Shown here one piece after another: positions 1-9,218 of a DNA stretch of 64,000 nt (positions are counted from its first letter, which is position 1; each line of letters starts with the position of its first letter). The stretch lies in assembly GCA_965369995.1 (NCBI GenBank), contig CBDURO010000004.1, positions 4,216 to 68,215 on the forward strand, written 5' to 3'. The stretch comes from an uncultured bacterium (GTDB lineage: Bacteria > Fidelibacterota > Marinisomatia > Marinisomatales > JAHJCW01). Below the pieces are notes generated by a model, which was not told the origin of the DNA, ran no database searches, and worked only from the letters and a program-made list of their open reading frames with translations. The translations under genes and the position numbers were made by a program.

Positions 1-1684
1 GTAATAATGTATATTTCTTGATTTTTTCGTACTGCGAGAATTTCTCCATCGTCTTTGCGACTTCCGTGTCAAACAATTCATGCACCGAATGATGATCAAG
101 CAAGGTTTTTCTGTCACTGTATTCAATTTCTTTACCCTTTGCCCATTCTTCCAATATCTCAAAAGATGGCACGATCACAGCAGATACGAATCTACGTCTA
201 TCTCCGATTGCCAATGCTTGTTCAATATATTTGGAAGATGTTAGTGCCATCTCCAATGGCGCCGGAGCGATATTCTTTCCACCGGCAGTTACCAAAATAC
301 TTTTCTTACGATCAGTGATCATCAGATAATTATCTTCGTCAAATTTGCCGATATCGCCGGTATAGAACCAACCGTCTTTATCAATTGCTTCTTTAGTTGC
401 TTCGGGATTTTTATAATATCCCAACATCACGTTTGGTCCTTTGCAAAGTATTTCGCCGTCATCAGCGATTTTTACTTCAATATTTTCAAGTAAACATCCA
501 ACCGTACCAAACTTATATAGACTTTCTTGGTTAGCTGTAATTACCGGACTTGTCTCTGTTAAACCGTATCCTTCTAAAATTGGAATATTTGCTGATGCAA
601 AAAATTCTCCAACTTCTTTAGATAGCGGAGCACCGCCGGAAACAAAGAAACGTAAATTGCCACCAACTTTTGCTTTCAATTTTGAGAATACTAATTTATC
701 TGCTATTTTGAATTTAAATCCTAACATTCCTGATGGTTGTTTTCCACATGTTAATAGTTTTGCAGCTTCTTTTCCAACACCAATTGCCCACCAGAATATC
801 TTCTGTCTAATTGCCGGATCATTACTGACTTTGTCAATAACTTTTGCATTGATCTTTTCAAATACGCGCGGAACAGAGATTACGATTGTCGGACCTACTT
901 CCAGCATATTCTCACCGATCGTATCAATACTTTCAGCGTAATATGTTTTTGAACCTAAGGAAAATGCAGTATAATGACCTGTCATACGTTCAAATACGTG
1001 ACTTAACGGTAAAAAGGATAGGAATGTATCCTCAGTTCCGAAATCAATATGTTTTGCACCGGCTTTTACATTTGATATCAAATTATCATGCGATAGCATA
1101 ACACCCTTAGGATTGCCTGTTGTTCCGCTAGTATAGATCAATGTTAAGAGATCATCAGGTTTAATATCTTTCGATGCTTTTCCTAATGTAAATCCTGTAT
1201 CCTTAATATATTTCTCACCTAACTCAATAATATGATTATAGCTGATAATATTTCTAGCCGGATCATGGGTATTGTCCATCGCAATAATGCCTTTCAGCTT
1301 GGGACTATCTTGAATGAACTCCAGAATTTTATCGGTTTGCGACTGATCTTGAGTAATAACATATTGTGTATCGGAATCATCAATGATATATTTTATTTGA
1401 TGGGATATTAAAGTTGGATAAACAGTTACTGATGCCGCACCAATACTGGCGATAGCATAGTCGCTAATTGCCCAACGTGGACAATTATGAGCTTGAATGG
1501 CAACTTTATCATCCTTTTTTAAACCCAAACTCGCTAACCCCGCCGCGAATTTTTTAACTATTTCTCGAACTTCACCATATTTATATTCTTTCCATTCTCC
1601 ACCAACTTTTTCAAAATATGCCGGTCTTTCTGTGTTGGTTTTTGTTGTTTCTAAAAACATACCGGGGATTGTTGTATATGCCAT
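1..1684 (-). CDS. fadD: Long-chain acyl-CoA synthetase / AMP-dependent ligase; the 3' end runs off the window
   Basis: Absent from the ORF track because no stop lies inside the window. Hand translation of the minus strand from the ATG at 1684-1682 gives 561 stop-free codons, starting MAYTTIPGMFLETTKTNTERPAYFEKVGGEW. It contains the AMP-binding signature LIYTSGTTGNPKGVMLSHDN, GYGLTETSP and TGDIGKFDEDNYLMITDRKK, and ends ...FSQYEKIKKYTLL at the window edge. Confidence 0.85.
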   Translation of the reverse strand, partial: MAYTTIPGMFLETTKTNTERPAYFEKVGGEWKEYKYGEVREIVKKFAAGLASLGLKKDDKVAIQAHNCPRWAISDYAIASIGAASVTVYPTLISHQIKYIIDDSDTQYVITQDQSQTDKILEFIQDSPKLKGIIAMDNTHDPARNIISYNHIIELGEKYIKDTGFTLGKASKDIKPDDLLTLIYTSGTTGNPKGVMLSHDNLISNVKAGAKHIDFGTEDTFLSFLPLSHVFERMTGHYTAFSLGSKTYYAESIDTIGENMLEVGPTIVISVPRVFEKINAKVIDKVSNDPAIRQKIFWWAIGVGKEAAKLLTCGKQPSGMLGFKFKIADKLVFSKLKAKVGGNLRFFVSGGAPLSKEVGEFFASANIPILEGYGLTETSPVITANQESLYKFGTVGCLLENIEVKIADDGEILCKGPNVMLGYYKNPEATKEAIDKDGWFYTGDIGKFDEDNYLMITDRKKSILVTAGGKNIAPAPLEMALTSSKYIEQALAIGDRRRFVSAVIVPSFEILEEWAKGKEIEYSDRKTLLDHHSVHELFDTEVAKTMEKFSQYEKIKKYTLL

Positions 1685-1798
1685 TGTTACTCCTTTAATA
1701 AAATATTATTAAAAAATTGTATCTAAATATATTGACAATCCATTTTAATAACATCTATTTTCTTCCCTTATTTTTTGACGATTAATTATTAAATAATT

Positions 1799-1882
1799 GC
1801 CGGGGTGGCGGAACTGGTAGACGCGCCGGTCTCAAAAACCGGTCTCATTTATGAGGTGTCGGTTCGATTCCGACCCTCGGCA
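1799..1882 (+). tRNA. tRNA-Leu (anticodon CAA), type II with a long variable arm
   Basis: Acceptor stem GCCGGGG/CCTCGGC with discriminator A. Anticodon stem CCGGT/ACCGG with loop CTCAAAA. Variable arm CTCATTTATGAGGTGTC. T-arm GGTTCGATTCC. 84 nt, CCA not encoded. Confidence 0.9.
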
Positions 1883-1890
1883 CAAAAAAA

Positions 1891-1914
1891 AGCTCTGCAA
1901 TTTGCAGGGCTTTT
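1891..1914. terminator. Bidirectional rho-independent terminator
   Basis: The AGCTCTGCA/TGCAGGGCT hairpin is flanked by an A8 run (1884-1891) on one side and TTTT on the other, so a T-tract follows the stem on both strands. It sits between the convergent tRNA-Leu (+) and the 1967..2473 gene (-). Confidence 0.7.
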
Positions 1915-1920
1915 AATTCG

Positions 1921-1948
1921 TTAGGGACAGGTCGCGGCCTGTCCCTAA
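1921..1948. repeat. GC-rich perfect hairpin (11-bp stem), REP-like or an accessory terminator
   Basis: TTAGGGACAGG-tcgcgg-CCTGTCCCTAA. No T-tract follows. It lies just downstream of the stop of the 1967..2473 gene. Confidence 0.6.
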
Positions 1949-1966
1949 ATTTATTTCTATTAAAGA

Positions 1967-2473
1967 TTATTTATCTTTTTCGCGTGCTTTTCGAATAATG
2001 CTTAAGTTATCTAATTCTTTTACGCTGTTCTTAACATTTGTAATTGATTGTTCAATATCAGTCAAACGACGTGTATTACGACGACGTTCACTATCAACAT
2101 CCGCACGTAAATCACCAAGGTCTCGGCTTACACCTGAAATTTCATTGTTTATTTCACGAACTGCTTCATCAAGATCATATGAAACATCTTCTATCTTGCT
2201 ATTCAAATTTTCATTTACATTGTTAATTAGATTTGTATTGGCAACAATATTTTGTTGAGCAGTTTGTAAATGTTTACCACGACCAACAAATTGCAGATCG
2301 AGTTTGTTAAGACCATCTCTGAATTCCTTATTGACTTGGTCAATATGAGTAAATTGTTTTCTATCCATTAGGTCCATTCGATCCATTACCAAAGTATAAG
2401 TATAATATACGTATACGCCGCCAACTAATAATAAGATCATAAGGAGTAGAACTATTTTGTCTTTTACGCTCAT
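1967..2473 (-). CDS. Hypothetical membrane-anchored coiled-coil protein
   Basis: 168-aa ORF. The N-terminal hydrophobic helix IVLLLMILLLVGGVYVYYTY is followed by charged, heptad-like sequence. I recognise no family. Confidence 0.5.
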   Translation of the reverse strand: MSVKDKIVLLLMILLLVGGVYVYYTYTLVMDRMDLMDRKQFTHIDQVNKEFRDGLNKLDLQFVGRGKHLQTAQQNIVANTNLINNVNENLNSKIEDVSYDLDEAVREINNEISGVSRDLGDLRADVDSERRRNTRRLTDIEQSITNVKNSVKELDNLSIIRKAREKDK

Positions 2474-2502
2474 TGGTTCCTCTAGTGATTAATTAATAAA
2501 TA

Positions 2503-2778
2503 TTATTTTAAAGTTTTACTTTTACTTCTTGAAGTAGAAGGTATTTTTCTAGGGGCAGAAAATGTTTTTCTTGCTGCTCTAGTTGTGGTTCTTTTTTTTG
2601 TAGGCTTCGGATTTAAACTACCAACCAATGATTGAAATTCTTTATTAAAATCGTCAATGGTAGTATCAATTCTTTTAATTAATTCGTCTAATATTGATTG
2701 ACTGTAATAATCATCAATACCATTAAAAATTTCGCCTAACCGATCCTGTAATTTGTTTAACTTATCTTTTTGATTCAT
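2503..2778 (-). CDS. Hypothetical small protein with a basic Ser/Thr/Lys/Arg-rich tail
   Basis: 91-aa ORF in the same orientation as its neighbours, with a 29-nt gap to the next gene. The C-terminus is PKPTKKRTTTRAARKTFSAPRKIPSTSRSKSKTLK. Confidence 0.45.
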   Translation of the reverse strand: MNQKDKLNKLQDRLGEIFNGIDDYYSQSILDELIKRIDTTIDDFNKEFQSLVGSLNPKPTKKRTTTRAARKTFSAPRKIPSTSRSKSKTLK

Positions 2779-2886
2779 ATTCTCTGATTACTTAGTGTTT
2801 AAACTTAATAAAACTACCTTAAAAATTGAAAGTTAATTTGTTATATAAAATGGATAAGACGCAAATTGTATTTTTACATTATTGTC

Positions 2887-2939
2887 ATACCTGCCTGTCC
2901 GTCGTACAAGTACTTTGGAAGACGGGCATAGGCGGGTAT
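2887..2939. repeat. Long imperfect GC-rich hairpin downstream of lepB
   Basis: The ATACCTGCCTGTCCGTC arm pairs with GACGGGCATAGGCGGGTAT (about 17 bp, including G-U pairs and a 2-nt bulge). The loop contains the GTACAAGTAC palindrome. No T-tract follows. Confidence 0.5.
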
Positions 2940-2968
2940 CCATTTACAATTCGCTTTAATAAATTACT

Positions 2969-3952
2969 TTATTTTACAACAGTAAAAATCCGATTAAATC
3001 TAGGTATCCATGTTTTTAGATTTAGGGAGAAATAAACAAATAATGCTTCACCTAAAATGTAATTTTCTGGCACGAATCCCCAATAGCGCGAATCCAAACT
3101 GTCATCGCGATTATCGCCCATCGCCCAGTAATAATCTTGCTCGACCACATAATATTCCATTTCAGATATTGGTTTCCCGTCGATATGTAAAAATCTAAAA
3201 TCGGATTCGTTGATGGAATTCATCCACGGATTTAACAGCTTGCCGGATGGAAAATAATCATCATATACAAAATGCTCTCCCTTTCTGCGAAATAAATTAT
3301 CGGGATCAATTGTAGTAAATTCATATTCCACAACATCGTTAATTAACGCAGCAGAATGACCATCATACAACACAACAGGTAGCCAATAACGCCAATTTGT
3401 TTCACTATTGATCCTAACTGTGTCTCCTTTCTCTGGAATACGTATTTTATGGAAAAAGTCTTTATTCCCTTGTCCGGGCAGGAACAAATCTTGCTGAACA
3501 TAATCATGATCTAATAATGGTCCAAGGAATTTACCGTTTTTTGATAAGGGAATTAAATCACCATTAACAAATAATTCTCGATTTATTATCTCTAGCGTAT
3601 CTCCCGGTCCCGCCACACAGCGTTTAACATATTTATGAAAAACATCATGCGGGTATTTGAAGATAATCACTTCACCGGGTATGGGTTCTTTAAATTTCGG
3701 CAATCGAATGTATGGTATGCTAAATCCTTTATCCGTGTATGGAATACCAATCCAATCGGGTGTCCGCATTCCATAAACAAATCGGTTTCCGATGAGAAAA
3801 TCACCGGTCATAATCGTATTTTCCATACTTCCGGTTGGAACGATGTACGCTTCAATTATTGTTACTTTCAGGAGAAGCGCAATAATAATAATCGTTCCCC
3901 AAGATTTTGCTTCCTTAATAATTTTGTCAGATTTTAATTTCATATTTTCCAA
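2969..3952 (-). CDS. lepB: Signal peptidase I (S26 family)
   Basis: N-terminal TM helix, catalytic Ser box PTGSMENTIMTGDFL, and the GDNRDDSLDSRYWGFVP box. Confidence 0.9.
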   Translation of the reverse strand: MENMKLKSDKIIKEAKSWGTIIIIALLLKVTIIEAYIVPTGSMENTIMTGDFLIGNRFVYGMRTPDWIGIPYTDKGFSIPYIRLPKFKEPIPGEVIIFKYPHDVFHKYVKRCVAGPGDTLEIINRELFVNGDLIPLSKNGKFLGPLLDHDYVQQDLFLPGQGNKDFFHKIRIPEKGDTVRINSETNWRYWLPVVLYDGHSAALINDVVEYEFTTIDPDNLFRRKGEHFVYDDYFPSGKLLNPWMNSINESDFRFLHIDGKPISEMEYYVVEQDYYWAMGDNRDDSLDSRYWGFVPENYILGEALFVYFSLNLKTWIPRFNRIFTVVK

Positions 3953-3967
3953 TTTTATATAATAATT

Positions 3968-4900
3968 CTAATCAAAATTTAATTCGATTCCTTCAAATAT
4001 TTTAATACTATGATTTTTCCCTAATATCACAGACATTCCATCCAATCTTATATCACTGCTAATATCATGCTTACCAATGTAAAAATTGATGGCATTTTCC
4101 AACTTTTTTAGTTTATTTATGTCTATTTTTAATTCCGGCGTCGCCATTTGTTCCTTTGCGAATGTTTTGACTTCCGTAAAGATTAATAAATCATCCTTTT
4201 CTGATATTATATCAATCTTACCATGCGGTGCGCAATTTTCATTCATACTTATAATAGTATGTCCGTTTTCCATCAATTTGCAAGCTGCTAATTGTTCACC
4301 GACTATGCCAACTCGTTTTGTTTTTTGCAACCAAGTAATTGTTGGAAGATTTAATGAAACCGGTTTGAACGATCTACGATGAATGGGCGTTGCTTTGAAT
4401 TCGATTAGAGCTTCCATATGCTGTTTTGTTCCATATCCTTTATGTTTTGCAAAACCATATTCAGGAAATATTTTATCATATTTTAACATAATTGCATCAC
4501 GTGTAACTTTAGCAATAATTGAGCTTGCCATGATTGATTCAACTTTTGTATCACCTTTTATAACCCCTTTATTAGGTATAACTTGATTTGGTAGTTTATA
4601 TCCATCGATCAAAACTAATGTTGGTTTCTGATTTAACCTCCCTAGTGCCATTTGCATAGCTTTGTGAGTAGCAGCTAGAATATTTATCTTATCAATTTCT
4701 TTTTCATTAACTATACCGATCCCAACTGAGATTGCCTTTTCATTTATTTCTTGAAAAAGTGCTTCTCGTTTTTTTGTTGATAATTTCTTTGAATCACGTA
4801 ATCCTTCAATTTTATCATCAGATAAGATCACTGCCGCAGCTACAACCGGACCCGCAAGAGGACCACGCCCTGCTTCATCTACTCCGGCAATTATTTCCAT
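3968..4900 (-). CDS. rnhB: Ribonuclease HII fused to a YraN/UPF0102-type endonuclease domain
   Basis: The N-terminus GVDEAGRGPLAGPVVAAAVIL and the following roughly 195 aa are RNase HII. The C-terminal roughly 105 aa (GIVGEQLAACKLMENGHTIISMN...IDIISEKDDLLIFTEVKT...) match the YraN restriction-endonuclease-like fold pattern. Confidence 0.85.
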   Translation of the reverse strand: MEIIAGVDEAGRGPLAGPVVAAAVILSDDKIEGLRDSKKLSTKKREALFQEINEKAISVGIGIVNEKEIDKINILAATHKAMQMALGRLNQKPTLVLIDGYKLPNQVIPNKGVIKGDTKVESIMASSIIAKVTRDAIMLKYDKIFPEYGFAKHKGYGTKQHMEALIEFKATPIHRRSFKPVSLNLPTITWLQKTKRVGIVGEQLAACKLMENGHTIISMNENCAPHGKIDIISEKDDLLIFTEVKTFAKEQMATPELKIDINKLKKLENAINFYIGKHDISSDIRLDGMSVILGKNHSIKIFEGIELNFD

Positions 4901-7236
4901 TTCTTTACTTCGAATGGATTCTTGCCGTTAGAAAATAACCAAACCACTACAATTGAATCCGTAAAGAATAGTTTAGAACCAAACATGCCATCTAATTCTT
5001 TTTGAGTAGGACTGTTTTTACTTGTTCTAGCGCCGGTAATTATTGTCATTTTTGCATTAACCGTTTGTATAAATTCATTAAAATTATTTGGTATCTGTTT
5101 AGGATAAGTCATTTTTAATACGTCTGATTTTATCATTTCTCTGTCATTGATTAATATTTCAAAATCAGCATCAGTTAATTTATCAATAAATAAAATTAAA
5201 TTTGAACCATTTACAATCTTCATTGCTAATTGTGAATTTTCTGTTTGATTCTTATTAACAGGTAATAAAAATTGGATATACGATTGATTGTCTATTCTAA
5301 TTACATCACCGCGCTGTATAACATGAAATTCTGTATTTTTCAATTCTGTCATATTTATTATATATTCATCAATCCAGGAATCAGAATCAAAACTAACATC
5401 CCAAATAGCATCAATAGGAATAGTTTCTATTGTCTTTGCGATACCAATTTGATGATTACTATTACCTTTGAACTTTATCAGCCAATCAAACTTTTTAAGA
5501 TTTAAGTACTTTACAGCCGGTAATATCTTTCTGTTAAGGTCGTTTGAAAACATACTTATTACACCGGCATTTATAAGAACACTTCTATCATCATTATTTC
5601 TAATAATTGTAGATTCATTTGTACGTAAATCTAAGAAGATGATATCCATTCCTTTCTTTTCGAAAATCCATGGCCATAAAATCGAATTAATTAATAGAGC
5701 GCTGAAGATTATTAGTTTACTGTACTTACGTTGTATGATAATAAAAAATAATGCAACAATTAAAATATACTGAATTAAGTTGATCCAATTAAATTGTGGA
5801 GATGGAATAGATGCATATGGAAATTTGTCAAATATAGCTACCGATGCATTAATCAATTCTTTAATAAACCAATTTACTTGATCAATGAAAAAACTTAATG
5901 GTGCTATCCAAAAGAAAACCAATTTTGCTAATCCCAATGCAACAAATCCGCCAATTAATGGAATTACTATTAGGTTGGCAACAATCGCAATTAGCGGGAT
6001 TCTTCCAAAGTAAAAGGCGACAACCGGAATTGTACCGAGCTGAGCTGAAAATGATACTAATAACAAACCCCAAAAGAATCGTGCAGCGTTATTTTGAACA
6101 TTACTTACTCTCAATTTCTCGGGCAATATTTTATTGAATAAATTATAAAAATAAATAATTGACATTACCGCAGTAAAACTAAGTTGGAACCCTAAATCGA
6201 ATAATGAGTTAGGATTTACAATCAAAATCAGAAATGCCGCGGTTGCGATAATATTCCATAAATTTGGCTTTCGATTTATTACCGTTGCAAATATGTAAAT
6301 ACTTGCCATTAATGAAGCTCTAATTACACTTGGTCTGCCACCGGAAAGAATTGTGAACAAAATTAATCCTAAAACAATAAACAGTATATCCCAACCCCAC
6401 TTAATTCGAATAGTCTTTGCGATTAGCATTAAAATGATTAACACATAACCAACATGCAAGCCCGAGACTGCAAGTACATGAATTACTCCTACATTAGAAA
6501 ATGATTCGCGCAAATCCTGATCTATATGCGTTTTATCACCTAATATTAATGCAGAGAGCAATGCCGAAGTTTCGGCATCAGAATAAGCTGTTAATTTTGA
6601 ACGAACATTCTCTCTAAAATTATTTATTGATTTTTTTACTGACCAACTTGAATCAGAGTATACTTGAATATCACCTTTTGAATAAATCCTACCGGCGAGT
6701 CTCTTAATATGATAATATCTTTTAAAATCATATTCACCGGGATTCCGTATATCACTAAATAACTGCCATTTACCGCTTCCTCTTAATGTATCTCCTATAC
6801 ATACATTATCAATAAATTGGTCTTTTGGATACACAAAATATTTTAAATTATTGTTATAATGTAAATCTCCGGATTTAATTTGAACATTTTTTAAGGTAAA
6901 TCTTTGTCCGCTTGAATAGTTATTTTCCTAAACTACAATTCCACTATATTCAATCGGTTTTTCCGTAAATGCTTTAACTTCGTCTAAAGATCTATAAAAA
7001 CTGTCATTTTTATAACTTGACAATGAAAAACCCAATACGATCATCAATAGAATTATTAACAGATATGAAAAATTCCATTTTCTAATAATTATAAATAAAA
7101 CAAATAATAGTACAACTATAAACGGTATCATAGATGACGCATTTAGAAATTCACTTAATAGAATGCCGATGATAAGTGCAATTGCGATATAAACCATCGG
7201 CTGTCTTCTAAATGCTGTTTGTGGGTTAAAATTCAT
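4891..7236 (-). pseudogene. comEC: ComEC/Rec2 DNA-internalisation channel, frame interrupted by one in-frame TAG (6930-6928)
   Basis: Track ORFs 6928..7236 and 4891..6834 are in the same frame, separated by TAG plus 31 sense codons. The polytopic competence domain includes HVLAVSGLHVGYV. The C-terminal beta-lactamase-like region is degenerate. Pseudogene status is unverified and could reflect a sequencing error. Confidence 0.7.
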
Positions 7237-7405
7237 TCGTCAATAATACTAACGACAAAGTCCATATTAAAATGTAAAAAGTGGGTAGTTTTATAATAAT
7301 TCTAACCACAATTTATTTGTCATTCTCCGCAAAACAACTGCGGGGTAGGCTGAACTAAGTGCCTATCTTCACTAAAAAGCTTCGTCAGTTAAAAAAGTTA
7401 TTTAT

Positions 7406-7429
7406 CAATCGTAGCTTCAGCGCAGATTG
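7406..7429. repeat. Short hairpin element in the agcS upstream region
   Basis: CAATC-gtagcttcagcgca-GATTG. It is GC-enriched relative to its surroundings. Confidence 0.4.
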
Positions 7430-7474
7430 ACGATAGGTAAAAAGAATCCATTGTAATTATATACTAAATAATAG

Positions 7475-7495
7475 ATTCTTCGTTGCACTCAGAAT
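7475..7495. repeat. Short hairpin element in the agcS upstream region
   Basis: ATTCT-tcgttgcactc-AGAAT. It has the same architecture as 7406..7429. Confidence 0.4.
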
Positions 7496-7632
7496 TATAG
7501 AGGTCATTTTAACCTTCCCTATTTCCCTCATATTGTAGGAAGGGATTATAGGGTGGTATTTTCGTATTTTAGAATTCCAACATTCTATTGTAAACTTCGA
7601 CTTAATTTTATGCCAAAATTCAAGGACTCAAG

Positions 7633-9186
7633 ATGAAAAGATCGACCGCAGGAATTATTCTTTTTAGTATTATCGCTCTTCTTTTATATGCTTATGGACA
7701 AAAGTTCTTTGATGCGGTTTGGTCTTTTCCTGCTAATCGCCCTGTTCCATTAATGGTTATTCTTCTTGTGGGGTCAGGCATTTTCATAACCGTTAAGCTC
7801 GGATTTCCGCAAATCCGATATTTTTGGCATGGTGTTAAGGTTACAGCCGGTGTCTACGATAATCCTGAGGATGAAGGTGACTTAATTCACTTTAAAGCAC
7901 TTGCCACTGCCCTATCAGCTACGGTTGGGATTGGAAATATTGCAGGTGTCGCAACTGCGATTTACTACGGCGGACCCGGTGCACTATTCTGGATGTGGAT
8001 TACTGCATTCTTTGGTACAACATTAAAATATGCGGGAAGTACACTGTCTTTGCGTTATCGCGAAATTAACGCTAAGGGATTTACTGCCGGTGGGCCGATG
8101 TACACTATCGAACACGGCTTGGGTCTTAGTTACCGATGGCTTGCTGTAGCTTTTGCCGTTTTTACGGTGATCTGTTCTTTTGCAACCGGTAATGCCATAC
8201 AGTCATTTACGGTATCGGATCAATTATATTCAGAGGTTTCACAGGTTGTAGGCACATCACATTGGCTTACTTCTAAATTTACCCTTTGGCAAGTTTTTAC
8301 GTTGTCGTTTCAACAAATATTCAGCGGACTTGCCATGGCGGTAATAATCGCTCTTGTAATCATTGGAGGAATTAAACGTATTGGCAGTGTAACAGGATTC
8401 TTAGCACCCTTCATGGCAATAATTTATGTATCGGCTGCCGGACTGGTTTTAATCGCTAATGCGGATGCAGTTGGAGAAAGCTTTAGATTAATTTTCAAAA
8501 TGGCGTTCAATCCACCGGCAGAGCTGGCAGGTGTTGGCGGAGGCACGTTCCTAATAGTTATGAACACAATGATGTGGGGCGTAAAACGCGGTTTGTTCTC
8601 TAATGAAGCCGGACAAGGTTCCGCAGCAATTGCCCACGCAACAGCCAAAACAAAATACCCGGTGCGGGAAGGCACAGTTTCCATGCTTGGACCATTTATT
8701 GACACATTACTAATTTGCACATTAACCGGTTTGGTTATTCTTACAACCGGAGCATGGCACCATACAGCATTTTATGTAATGCGTATTGACCCCTCATTTA
8801 CCGGTGAAATGCTTAACAGCAGTTTACTTACCTCCTTTGCTTTTAAGGAGGGATTAAGTTGGTTATTTGCTTATGGTGATAAAATCATTACACTTGCAAT
8901 TGTACTATTTGCGATTTCAACCATTATTAGTTGGTCTTTTTATGGTGACCGCGCAACTGAATATCTTTTTGGTGAAAAATCAGTTTTACCTTACAAGTGG
9001 GTATTTATTGTTTTTGTATTCATTGGTGGAATTGCAGAATTAGAAGCCATTTGGGCTTTTGGTGATGCAGCCCTCGGTTTTATGACAATACCTAATCTGA
9101 TATCTTTAATCTTACTTTCCGGTGCGTTAAAACGCACAACTAAAAAGTATTTTAGCCAAGAGCATATACCGTATAAGAAAAGGTAG
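7633..9186 (+). CDS. agcS: Alanine/glycine:cation symporter (AGCS family)
   Basis: 517 aa, polytopic. It carries the AGCS family pattern ATVGIGNIAGVATAIYYGGPGALFWMW and SNEAGQGSAAIAHA. Confidence 0.9.
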   Translation: MKRSTAGIILFSIIALLLYAYGQKFFDAVWSFPANRPVPLMVILLVGSGIFITVKLGFPQIRYFWHGVKVTAGVYDNPEDEGDLIHFKALATALSATVGIGNIAGVATAIYYGGPGALFWMWITAFFGTTLKYAGSTLSLRYREINAKGFTAGGPMYTIEHGLGLSYRWLAVAFAVFTVICSFATGNAIQSFTVSDQLYSEVSQVVGTSHWLTSKFTLWQVFTLSFQQIFSGLAMAVIIALVIIGGIKRIGSVTGFLAPFMAIIYVSAAGLVLIANADAVGESFRLIFKMAFNPPAELAGVGGGTFLIVMNTMMWGVKRGLFSNEAGQGSAAIAHATAKTKYPVREGTVSMLGPFIDTLLICTLTGLVILTTGAWHHTAFYVMRIDPSFTGEMLNSSLLTSFAFKEGLSWLFAYGDKIITLAIVLFAISTIISWSFYGDRATEYLFGEKSVLPYKWVFIVFVFIGGIAELEAIWAFGDAALGFMTIPNLISLILLSGALKRTTKKYFSQEHIPYKKR

Positions 9187-9218
9187 AAAACGATAAGTAA
9201 ATTAATTTCTAATAATCA

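Noticed and set aside
441-941. A 166-aa plus-strand ORF, along with 55..318, 886..1101 and 1497..1712.
   Set aside because: These are antisense to the hand-translated, motif-rich acyl-CoA synthetase gene (1..1684, minus). Their low-complexity Ser/Ile/Phe-rich composition is typical of shadow ORFs.
7237-7632. A glycine riboswitch upstream of the AGCS symporter gene.
   Set aside because: I could not find the aptamer core elements (GGAGAG, CACCGAAGGGGCAA, CUCAGGC...GGAC) on either strand. The region is kept only as an unexplained structured region.
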